Assembly: GCA_963710385.1 (NCBI GenBank)
Contig: CAVQAB010000018.1
Span: forward strand, 31,061 to 95,060
DNA: 64,000 nt
Reading direction: 5' to 3'
DNA from: an uncultured Bacteroidales bacterium
GTDB taxonomy: Bacteria > Bacteroidota > Bacteroidia > Bacteroidales > GCA-2748055
Shown piece after piece: positions 1 through 8,598 of the stretch (positions are counted from its first letter, which is position 1; each line of letters begins with the position of its first letter). Made by a program: the position numbers and the translations under genes. The notes below the pieces were generated by a model that did no database searches, was not told where the DNA came from, and saw only the letters and a list, made by a program, of their open reading frames with translations.

Positions 1-90
1 CCGAAAAAAGATTTTAAGCCGGGTGACTATGTAGAAGTGACCATTGAAAGCTGTACCTCGGCCACCCTTAAGGGCAATTCGATCCAGTAA
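1..90 (+). CDS. miaB: 3' end of tRNA methylthiotransferase MiaB (TRAM domain), truncated by window
   Basis: Frame 1 reads PKKDFKPGDYVEVTIESCTSATLKGNSIQ*, a typical Bacteroidota MiaB TRAM C-terminus (V.I..CTSATL.G). Confidence 0.75.
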   Translation, partial: PKKDFKPGDYVEVTIESCTSATLKGNSIQ

Positions 91-101
91 AATCCACCCA
101 A

Positions 102-449
102 TTAATCAAGTACCATCAGGATTTTCTCCTCTGTATTTTCACGGGTACAGAAATTGAAACTGCCTTCCAACTCAGTAAGAATGATCAGCTCCCTTACATC
201 ATCGCTTACATTACAGAGCTTAAACTGGCTGCCATTAACGGTGGCATGCTCTGTTATTTCCTGAAGAATCTGAAATCCGGCTGTATCAATAAACCTGATG
301 CCCTCGAGATTAAATACAACTGAGGTTCCGGGTTCTTCCAAGAGCTCCTGAAGTTGCTGCTTCACCAGTTCAGAGAAAAGTGTATTGAGTCGGTTCACCT
401 GGAACAACTCCACACTATAATGGTTGTCTTCTCGTGATATCTTTAGCAT
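102..449 (-). CDS. STAS domain protein (anti-sigma factor antagonist-like)
   Basis: 115 aa; VVFNLEGIRFIDTAG matches the STAS motif (phospho-acceptor position is Thr); LCNVSDDVRELI tail. Confidence 0.85.
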   Translation of the reverse strand: MLKISREDNHYSVELFQVNRLNTLFSELVKQQLQELLEEPGTSVVFNLEGIRFIDTAGFQILQEITEHATVNGSQFKLCNVSDDVRELIILTELEGSFNFCTRENTEEKILMVLD

Positions 450-458
450 GTCTATGGG

Positions 459-496
459 TCACAAAAACAGTTCACAAAAACAGTTCACAAAAACAG
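459..496. repeat. Three tandem copies of a 13-bp unit TCACAAAAACAG(T)
   Basis: tcacaaaaacag at 459, 472 and 485. Confidence 0.95.
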
Positions 497-548
497 ATTA
501 CAAAGTAAAGCGTATCAAATACACTTTATAAAATTTTTCGGGTTGAAG

Positions 549-557
549 TTATCCACA
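549..557 (+). promoter_or_regulatory. Perfect DnaA box TTATCCACA
   Basis: Exact 9-mer in an AT-rich intergenic region; a second near-consensus box (TTATTCACG) lies on the minus strand at 564-572. Confidence 0.45.
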
Positions 558-626
558 AATAATCGTGAATAATCGCTATATTTTATGATTTAAAATAATA
601 TCTATTTTTTCTAAATAAAGACATTC

Positions 627-1739
627 ATGAAATTCTGCTTGTTTTTGGTAGTGTTGTTACTTATTCTCACTGGTTGCAATCCCCCGGATTACCATATTGA
701 AAAAGTCCATAACCCCCCTTTTAAACCAAATACTGCGTTCCGGGGATTTGAGGATTTGAGGAACCCCGGTTTTCAAAATATCATTGAGAAATACCAATTG
801 GATACCGTTTTTCACGGAGAAACCAACGATTTTAAGAGAATATTGATACTCAGAAACTGGATTAAGAAAGTGATCAGCATTGACGATTTTGGTGATCCCT
901 ATCCGGGAGGTGGTCACCCGGAGGGCATTTTGGATGCTGCATTAGAGGGCCAGGGTTTTCATTGTGGCCATTTTATGATCGTTCAAAATGCCATCATGAA
1001 TGCATACGGGTATGTAACCAGAACCCTGGGGGCAGGTCCAGGTGTCAAAGGAGGGCCCGACGGGCATCATGGTATCAACGAAATATGGCTCAATGACCAT
1101 CATAAATGGTTCTTGTCTGATTCAAAATACGACCACCATTTCGAAAAAGATGGAATCCCTTTATCTGCATTGGAAATTCGAGATGAGTACCTAAAGAATA
1201 AGGCGGCGGATATCATAAAGGTCAAGGGTCCTGACCGCAACCCCACTAAGGTTGATCCTGAAACAGGTACAACCTGGGAACGCAGTGCCCAGACCTATAC
1301 CTGGATCGAGTTTCATACACACAATGATATGTTTTCTGCCTGGCCAGATCATGAAACCCTGTTGACCATGTATGCCGATGATTTCTTTACGACGCATACA
1401 TGGATCTGGGATGATAAACCTCATTGGGCCTATAGTAAGCCCGAGTTCATGCTTCTGGAAAAAGAACGCGATGCCATTGAATGGACACCCAATACCATTG
1501 CTTCAGAGGTCAATATAGATGGGGATGTGGCATATGTCAGACTGATTTCTGAAACACCTAACCTGCTGGCATACCAGATGAAGGAGATAGCTTCGGGATA
1601 CTGGGAGCAGGTGGATGCATCCCTTCAACTGGATTTGAAAAGAAAACAACATGAATGGTCCTTTCGTACCATTAACCTGGCTGGTGTCACTGGCCCAGAG
1701 CATCAAATTATTGTAGTGCGCGGGCTCACAGACCTTTAG
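627..1739 (+). CDS. Transglutaminase-like (Cys-His-Asp) lipoprotein
   Basis: Lipobox LTGC; GFHCGHF, HHGINEIW and FLSDSKY give the transglutaminase-superfamily triad spacing. Confidence 0.7.
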   Translation: MKFCLFLVVLLLILTGCNPPDYHIEKVHNPPFKPNTAFRGFEDLRNPGFQNIIEKYQLDTVFHGETNDFKRILILRNWIKKVISIDDFGDPYPGGGHPEGILDAALEGQGFHCGHFMIVQNAIMNAYGYVTRTLGAGPGVKGGPDGHHGINEIWLNDHHKWFLSDSKYDHHFEKDGIPLSALEIRDEYLKNKAADIIKVKGPDRNPTKVDPETGTTWERSAQTYTWIEFHTHNDMFSAWPDHETLLTMYADDFFTTHTWIWDDKPHWAYSKPEFMLLEKERDAIEWTPNTIASEVNIDGDVAYVRLISETPNLLAYQMKEIASGYWEQVDASLQLDLKRKQHEWSFRTINLAGVTGPEHQIIVVRGLTDL

Positions 1740-1780
1740 CGTACTCGATGTATGCCTTTAATTGATGCAGGATTCCTTCG

Positions 1781-2848
1781 TTATTCAAAGCCCCCCGGAT
1801 ACCAGTGAACGGCATTGGAGTAAAAAATTTTCTCAAGTACCTTTTTATTTAGATCCAGGCCAATGAAAGCCCCATTCACACTTGGAGATTCCATGGTATC
1901 CGCTGTTGCAAAATAGGTCCAATCAGCCCTCCATTCATTTTCCAGCCCAGCCTTTCTATATTCTACATCAGTATCTTCAGAAATGCCTATATCGGTAGCA
2001 TACAGCAACCTGTCCTGGTACTTTATGATGAACTCCCGCACTTTCTCCCTGTCCTGAACCTGAAAATGGCATACCCTTGCTGCCATATCCGCAGCCAGAT
2101 TCGGAAACCGGTCCAGGCGCTCGGCCAGCTCATCCACATCCCATTCCAGGCTTCCCAGATGTGCGCCAATTAATTTCAGATCCGGGTGCCTGGCCAGAAC
2201 ATTATCCCTCGAATCGATCAGCCTTTTGTAGGAGGGATAATCTGGGTGCAGGTACATGTGGTATTGGGGATTGTTCGTGAAATAGCTTTTATCGCTGTTG
2301 ACCGTCATTGAATCGACGGGAAGCCAGCAATTTTTGGGTTCGCCAATATGAGCCACAAGCGGTTTCTCACTTTTGGCAATGAATTCCAAAATGGGTTCAA
2401 AAAGGGGATCGTCAATACATACAAAATTACCAAGGCTGTCGCGAAAGGTCATCCCAATATCTTTCCAAACCTTGACGCCAATGGCTCCCTCATCGAAATC
2501 CTTTTGCAATCTAGCTATAACCTCCTCAGCCCAGCCAGGTTTCTCAAAACCTTCCATGGAGAAAGTGGCGATATAGGAAATTCTGTCCGGGTACCTGGAT
2601 TTCATCACCTTTGCGAAGCTCATCTGCTCATCTATGTATGCCTGACTGCTGGAACGGGTATTGATGGTAAGAAATTTAAATCCCTGATCTTTGGCGAACT
2701 CCATGATGGCAGGATCTCCGGTCCGGATGTGAACATGGGCGTCTATTTTGGTCATTCTGTTATAGAGTTCTCTCTTATCCCCGTTGCATGAGGAGAACAT
2801 AAGTACCGCCACCAGGAAATTAATCACATATATTCTATTTGTTCTCAT
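1781..2848 (-). CDS. Amidohydrolase_2 family metallohydrolase, lipoprotein
   Basis: IDAHVH, AHIGE, GAHLG and LLYATD motifs; lipobox FSSC. Confidence 0.85.
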   Translation of the reverse strand: MRTNRIYVINFLVAVLMFSSCNGDKRELYNRMTKIDAHVHIRTGDPAIMEFAKDQGFKFLTINTRSSSQAYIDEQMSFAKVMKSRYPDRISYIATFSMEGFEKPGWAEEVIARLQKDFDEGAIGVKVWKDIGMTFRDSLGNFVCIDDPLFEPILEFIAKSEKPLVAHIGEPKNCWLPVDSMTVNSDKSYFTNNPQYHMYLHPDYPSYKRLIDSRDNVLARHPDLKLIGAHLGSLEWDVDELAERLDRFPNLAADMAARVCHFQVQDREKVREFIIKYQDRLLYATDIGISEDTDVEYRKAGLENEWRADWTYFATADTMESPSVNGAFIGLDLNKKVLEKIFYSNAVHWYPGGFE

Positions 2849-2968
2849 GATATAAACTGTTAAGCCGTCATTGATCTTACATCTTATGAAGCAATCTACA
2901 AATTATCGTGATTTAAAGCTAACTTTTCAGGAATCATAAGAAAAGAGGTATCTTAATACATTCATTCC

Positions 2969-4192
2969 ATGCCTGGTAAGATTAAAAATATTCTCAAATC
3001 ACTGGGTCCCGGTTTTATCATTGCATCCGTTGTGCTGGGACCAGGCAGCATCACTGTGGCCTCAAGAATGGGTTCCGAATATGGGTATGCATTCCTCTGG
3101 GTAATAGTGGTTGCAACCATATTTATGATTACATACACTTCAATGGGGGCACGATTTGGAGTCATCAGTAATCATTCGATGCTTCAGGCCATCTCAGATA
3201 ACTACGGCAGGTGGTTTGCTGTATTGATTGGAATTTCAGCATTTCTCTCCACCTCAAGCTTTCAGTTTGGCAATAACCTGGGAATAGGCATCGGAATGGA
3301 AGGAATTACCGGGATTAGTGAGCGGGTCTGGCCGCTCATCTTTACTCCATTGGGAATCATTCTGATATTCTGGGCGAAAAATCTATACAGGGTACTGGAG
3401 AATTTAATGAAGCTTCTGGTGATGATCATGATCTTAGCGTTTTTCATCAATCTTCTTCTAAGCAAACCCGAAATTGCTCCCATTGCCAGGGGTTTCATGC
3501 CGTCAAAATTATCCCCTGAAAGTCTGAATATTGTGGCAGCATTGATGGCCACTTCATTTGCTTTAGCGGCAGCATTCTATCAATCCTATTTGGCCCAGGA
3601 CAAAGGCTGGAAGAAAGAGAACTTGAAAACCAGCCTAAGGGATACCTATATCGGAATTTTGCTACTTGCCCTGATATCCGCTACTATTCTTATCACTTCC
3701 GCAACAGCATTACATCCCAGAGGGATTATAGTAAGTTCAGCAGCTGATATGGCCATACAAATGGAAGCATTGTTCGGGAATTCTGCCAGGATTATTTTTA
3801 GTGTGGGCCTATGTGCGGCAGCTTTCTCCTCCATGATGGTAAACTCGGTGATTGGAGGGGGTCTGCTTGCAGACGGACTGGGCATGGGACGTTCTATGAA
3901 TGACAGGATCACCAAAGTATTCATTATTTGTATTTTGTTGATCGGCATGCTGGTGGCAGTTTTTTTCAGGGGAAATGTAATCTATGCACTGATTATGGCC
4001 CAGGCCTCCTCCATGTTAGCGGTTCCCCTTATTGCAGTTGGATTATTCCTGATGCTGAACAATAAAAAAGTGATGGGGGTTTACCGAAACAATATTGTAC
4101 AAAATATAATAGCTGTTATTGGTTTTCTGGTTATTATATTAATGGTCTATTTCATGTACCAGAATATGACGGCCTATATCCAAACGTCCTGA
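2969..4192 (+). CDS. NRAMP-fold secondary transporter (GPGS variant)
   Basis: LGPGFIIASVVLGPGSIT N-terminus, about 11 hydrophobic segments, AAAFSS motif. Confidence 0.85.
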   Translation: MPGKIKNILKSLGPGFIIASVVLGPGSITVASRMGSEYGYAFLWVIVVATIFMITYTSMGARFGVISNHSMLQAISDNYGRWFAVLIGISAFLSTSSFQFGNNLGIGIGMEGITGISERVWPLIFTPLGIILIFWAKNLYRVLENLMKLLVMIMILAFFINLLLSKPEIAPIARGFMPSKLSPESLNIVAALMATSFALAAAFYQSYLAQDKGWKKENLKTSLRDTYIGILLLALISATILITSATALHPRGIIVSSAADMAIQMEALFGNSARIIFSVGLCAAAFSSMMVNSVIGGGLLADGLGMGRSMNDRITKVFIICILLIGMLVAVFFRGNVIYALIMAQASSMLAVPLIAVGLFLMLNNKKVMGVYRNNIVQNIIAVIGFLVIILMVYFMYQNMTAYIQTS

Positions 4193-4230
4193 ATGAAACA
4201 AACACATGATAGGACTCAAGAAGAGATAAA

Positions 4231-5268
4231 ATGATTGAATATCCTGATAAAATAAGCGATGTGGCAGTTTTGGAAGATCTATTGTCTACCCCCAATAGAG
4301 AGACTGTAGAGATGTTTTCTGGAATTGACGGGGACATTATTATTCTGGGAATAGGTGGTAAGATTGGTCCAACGCTTGGAAAAATGGCCAGAAGGGCATG
4401 TGACAGAGCTGGTGTTAAAAAACGTATTTATGGCGTATCTCTGTTCGAATCAGATCAACAACGAGGGCTGATTGAGGATGCTGGGATTGAAACCATTCAT
4501 GGAGATTTACTGGACATGAACTTCATAAATAGCCTGCCAAAAGTCAGGAATGTATTCTTCCTGGCAGGTATGAAGTTTGGTTCTGAAGAGAATATATCCC
4601 TTACCTGGGCTGTTAATTCTCATATGCCAGGGCTTGTGGCCGACTATTTTAAAGGGTCAAATATTGTTGCATTTTCAACAGGATGCGTCTATCCAATGGT
4701 ACCGGTTAAGTCTGGCGGATCCTTAGAAACTGACCCGCCTGTCCCGGTTGGTGAATATGCGCAATCCTGTCTGGGAAGGGAAAGAATGTTTGAGTATGGA
4801 AGCAAGCGACATCAGACAAAGGCAATCCTGATCCGTCTTAATTATTCTGTAGAACTGCGTTATGGTGTTTTGGTAGATATTGCTGTGAAAATCAATAACC
4901 GGGAGCCCATTGATCTTTCTATGGGATACTTCAATGTGATCTGGCAGGGAGATGTGAATAATATGGTGCTGCGTTCGCTGGAATTCTGTGAAAGTCCTGC
5001 AAAGATCCTCAACATTACTGGTCAGGATACATTGTCGGTTCGGGAAGTTGCCCTTGATTTTGGAAGACGACTTCACATTAAACCCCGATTCGTGAATAAA
5101 GAGACAAAAACGGCTCTGCTCAATAATGCAGGGCAGGCATTTCAATTGTTGGGCCGTCCGAAAATAGCAAGCAAACAGATGATCAATTGGATTGCCGACT
5201 GGATAAGTGAAGAGGGGGAATTGCTGGGTAAACCCACACACTATGAGGTTAGAGATGGGAAATACTAA
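4231..5268 (+). CDS. NAD(P)-dependent epimerase/dehydratase family (atypical extended SDR)
   Basis: GIGGKIG Rossmann motif, FSTGCVY, and YAQSC where YxxxK is expected. Confidence 0.85.
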   Translation: MIEYPDKISDVAVLEDLLSTPNRETVEMFSGIDGDIIILGIGGKIGPTLGKMARRACDRAGVKKRIYGVSLFESDQQRGLIEDAGIETIHGDLLDMNFINSLPKVRNVFFLAGMKFGSEENISLTWAVNSHMPGLVADYFKGSNIVAFSTGCVYPMVPVKSGGSLETDPPVPVGEYAQSCLGRERMFEYGSKRHQTKAILIRLNYSVELRYGVLVDIAVKINNREPIDLSMGYFNVIWQGDVNNMVLRSLEFCESPAKILNITGQDTLSVREVALDFGRRLHIKPRFVNKETKTALLNNAGQAFQLLGRPKIASKQMINWIADWISEEGELLGKPTHYEVRDGKY

Positions 5269-5271
5269 TAT

Positions 5272-6372
5272 ATGAAACATAAAGAATTACCCCGGGAAAT
5301 CCATAAGGCCTTGCACAGGGGAGTTGTTATCCCGGCGATGCCGCTTGCGCTGGATAAGGACAGGAAGTTGGACACGAGAAGGCAACGTGTGCTTCTGAGA
5401 TATTATCTGGATGCAGGGGCCGGTGGTATTGCTGCAGCTGTGCACACCACCCAGTTTGAGATCCGACTACCGGAAATTAACCTGTTTGAACCGGTTTTGA
5501 GGATTGCCAGTGATGAGATAGATCAATTTGTTGACAGAACCCATAAATCAATAATCAAAATTGCCGGGATCATTGGACAGACAGAACAGGCCGCCAAGGA
5601 ATCCAGACTGGCTGTATCACTGGGCTACCATGCCGGCTTGCTTAGCCTGGCAGCTTTCCCGGAAGCACCCAATCAAATCCTGCTGGAGCATTGCAGGGCA
5701 GTGGCTGATATCATCCCGGTGGTTGGATTTTACCTTCAACCTGCCGTAGGAGGAAGGGTGCTGAATGTTGATTTCTGGAGAGAATTTGCACAGATAAAAA
5801 ATGTGATTGCCATCAAAATTGCACCCTTTAACCGTTACCAGACCATGGATGTAGTTCGGGGTGTTATTGAATCCGGACGAGCTGATGAAATTGCACTTTA
5901 TACGGGTAATGATGACAATATTCTGGTTGATCTGCTCACCGAATTTAAATTCGATCTTGGATCAAAAGTGGTAACAAAGCGAATCGTTGGTGGATTGCTG
6001 GGCCACTGGGCGGTCTGGACACGTTCAGCCGTTCGCTTACTGGAGCAAATACAGCAGGGTACCCTCGCAGGTGATATCCATACACAGCTGAACCTGTCCA
6101 TGCAGATAAGCGATAGTAACGCTGCATTTTTTGATGCAGCCAATAACTTTAAAGGCTGCATTGTTGGCATTCATGAGGTTCTGAGGCGTCAGGGATTGAT
6201 GGACGGTTTGTGGACTCTGAATGAGAGTGAGGTGCTGTCGCCAGGACAAAAAGAGGAGATTGACCGGATCTATAAAGCATATCCGGATTTGAATGATGAT
6301 GACTTTGTGGCTAAAAATCTGGAAAGGTGGTTGGTACCGGGGAGACCGGAGGTACCACCTAAACTGAATTAA
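5272..6372 (+). CDS. Dihydrodipicolinate synthase/N-acetylneuraminate lyase family protein
   Basis: VIPAMPLAL start, AVHTTQF loop, FYLQ tyrosine, IAIKIAPF Schiff-base lysine, LYTGNDD. Confidence 0.85.
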   Translation: MKHKELPREIHKALHRGVVIPAMPLALDKDRKLDTRRQRVLLRYYLDAGAGGIAAAVHTTQFEIRLPEINLFEPVLRIASDEIDQFVDRTHKSIIKIAGIIGQTEQAAKESRLAVSLGYHAGLLSLAAFPEAPNQILLEHCRAVADIIPVVGFYLQPAVGGRVLNVDFWREFAQIKNVIAIKIAPFNRYQTMDVVRGVIESGRADEIALYTGNDDNILVDLLTEFKFDLGSKVVTKRIVGGLLGHWAVWTRSAVRLLEQIQQGTLAGDIHTQLNLSMQISDSNAAFFDAANNFKGCIVGIHEVLRRQGLMDGLWTLNESEVLSPGQKEEIDRIYKAYPDLNDDDFVAKNLERWLVPGRPEVPPKLN

Positions 6373-6394
6373 TCAATTACAAATTAGTAACCCT

Positions 6395-7696
6395 ATGAAA
6401 CATTTTAAAAAATCAGTGATCATTTTTGTAATCTTAACTATTGCCGTTGCAACAAACTCACAGACCGGATCTGCTTATAAATCTTCTCCTCTTCAAGAAA
6501 CAACACCTGCAAACGCAGGTATGTCTGCAGAAAGAGTGGACCGGATTGATGCGATGTGCAAAGAATCTGTTAATGAAGGGGATGTGCCAGGTATGGTGGT
6601 ACTGGTGGCACGAGATGGTAAAATTGTATTGCACAAAGCCTATGGAATGGCTGACAATGAATTGGGGAGAAAGATGAAAAAAGATGATATTTTTCGAATT
6701 GCCTCCCAAAGTAAGGCTATTACATCGACTGCAGTGATGATGCTTTGGGAAGAAGGGAAATTCAAGCTGGATGATCCAATTTCAAAGTATATACCCGAGT
6801 TCGGGGATCCCAAAGTTTTAGAATCTTTCACCTACGAAGACACAAGTTATACAGCTGTTCCTGCCAATAAAGAGATTACCATCCGGCATTTGCTCACTCA
6901 TACCTCAGGGATAGGATATGGAGTTATCGATGGAGATGAGCGCTTCAGATTGATTTTTCAGAAGGCCGGTATCACCGATCTGTTTACCACAGAGAACATA
7001 ACTATTGGCGAAAGTGTAAAGAAACTGGCAACATTGCCCCTGCATCACAATCCCGGAGAAGCGTTTACCTATAGCGAAGGCCTTGATGTCTTAGGATATT
7101 TCATTGAAATTGTCTCAGGGATGCCATTTGATATGTTTTTGAGAAAGCACTTATTTGATCCGCTCGGTATGGATGATACCTGGTTTTACCTGCCCGGTCC
7201 GAAAACAAACCGGCTGGTTGCAGTGCAAGAAAAGGAAAATGGGAAATGGGTTCGTTACCCGCTTACGTTTTACGATCCCAACTATCCCATCAAAGGCGCC
7301 AAACGCTTCTTCTCAGGAGGAGCGGGATTGTCAAGTACCGCAAAAGATTATGCCACTTTTCTTCAAATGTATTTGAATGGGGGTGAGTTGAACGGAGTCA
7401 GGATTTTAAGCAGAACCACAGTTCAAACCATCATGGGAAATCAGGTGGGAGATCTTTGGGGCGGCGACCAGGATTATTACGGATTGGCGTTTGGTGTAAT
7501 TACTTCTGAAGGTCAGGATGCAGGAGGTCGGGGCAGCAAAGGCACATTTTCATGGGGTGGATATTTCAATACCCAGTACTTTGCCGATCCTGCAGAACAG
7601 ACCATCGGGGTTATTATGAAACAAACACAGGGCCCTGTAAATGATGATACAGGCTGGAAATTCCGTTTGCTTGTGAATCAGGCCATTGATGATTAG
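6395..7696 (+). CDS. Secreted serine hydrolase, class C beta-lactamase/esterase family
   Basis: Signal peptide; IFRIASQSK (SxxK), LLTHTSG, FTYS, FSWGG. Confidence 0.9.
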   Translation: MKHFKKSVIIFVILTIAVATNSQTGSAYKSSPLQETTPANAGMSAERVDRIDAMCKESVNEGDVPGMVVLVARDGKIVLHKAYGMADNELGRKMKKDDIFRIASQSKAITSTAVMMLWEEGKFKLDDPISKYIPEFGDPKVLESFTYEDTSYTAVPANKEITIRHLLTHTSGIGYGVIDGDERFRLIFQKAGITDLFTTENITIGESVKKLATLPLHHNPGEAFTYSEGLDVLGYFIEIVSGMPFDMFLRKHLFDPLGMDDTWFYLPGPKTNRLVAVQEKENGKWVRYPLTFYDPNYPIKGAKRFFSGGAGLSSTAKDYATFLQMYLNGGELNGVRILSRTTVQTIMGNQVGDLWGGDQDYYGLAFGVITSEGQDAGGRGSKGTFSWGGYFNTQYFADPAEQTIGVIMKQTQGPVNDDTGWKFRLLVNQAIDD

Positions 7697-7716
7697 ATCA
7701 AAGAAAAAAAACCTTT

Positions 7717-8598
7717 ATGGTTGCAATCAAGGCAAAACCCCAGAGTCCGGTTAAGCTGAGAAAGATGGGGCTATCCGACATGGATAGCCTGATGAAGATA
7801 AAGAATGCAGAGGGGTGGAATCAGCTTGAAAAAGACTGGGCGTTCCTTATCAATTACAGAGAGAGCGTTAATCTTGTGGCAATTCAGGATGACCGGATCG
7901 TAGGAACTGTTACCGCTATCAACTATGCCAACAAAGTGGCATGGATTGGCATGATGCTGGTTGATAGAGATTACCGGGGCAGAGGTATAAGCAAACTATT
8001 GCTCAATGATGCCATTCGCAAACTGAAACGTAGTATTTCGATCAAGCTGGACGCAACACCTGCTGGAAAGCCGGTATACCTCAAGAGAGGTTTTGTTGTT
8101 GAACATACACTATATAGAATGACCCATCCGTCAGTTTCAAAAATATCCCTGAAGATCACTTCTATCGAAACTGCGCAGGTATTGCCTGAAGACCTATTGG
8201 AAGTTGTCGGGTTTGATAGGAGGGTATTTGGTGCAGACCGAGCAGATCTGATAAGGTTCCTCTATAATAATTATCCCGAATTAGCCTGGCTCGCCAGAGA
8301 AAAAGAGAGCTTGGCTGGATTTTGCATGGGGAGAAGGGGGGATCAATTTACACAGATCGGCCCTCTATATGCCTCATCAGCAAATTGCGCAAAAGCACTT
8401 ATACATTCTGCTGTGAATCAAATTACCGGTCAGGCTGTTGTAGTTGATATCCAGGGGGATAAATCAGGAATAAAGCAGTGGCTTGAATCATATGGTTTTA
8501 CTTTACAACGCCCCTTTGATAGAATGTATCTGAATCACAATCCACACCCGGGTAACATTGAAAATCAATACCTGATCAGTGGACCGGAACTGGGTTAA
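7717..8598 (+). CDS. GNAT family N-acetyltransferase (two-domain, YitH-like)
   Basis: [17 protein letters not shown] acetyl-CoA motif [16 protein letters not shown] in second domain. Confidence 0.85.
   Translation: MVAIKAKPQSPVKLRKMGLSDMDSLMKIKNAEGWNQLEKDWAFLINYRESVNLVAIQDDRIVGTVTAINYANKVAWIGMMLVDRDYRGRGISKLLLNDAIRKLKRSISIKLDATPAGKPVYLKRGFVVEHTLYRMTHPSVSKISLKITSIETAQVLPEDLLEVVGFDRRVFGADRADLIRFLYNNYPELAWLAREKESLAGFCMGRRGDQFTQIGPLYASSANCAKALIHSAVNQITGQAVVVDIQGDKSGIKQWLESYGFTLQRPFDRMYLNHNPHPGNIENQYLISGPELG

Noticed and set aside
459-496. Tandem repeat as a CRISPR array
   Set aside because: 13-bp units with no spacers and no cas genes
6395-7696. Antibiotic-resistance beta-lactamase
   Set aside because: Lacks the AmpC YxN and KTG motifs (has YSE and WGG); fits the broad esterase/amidase branch
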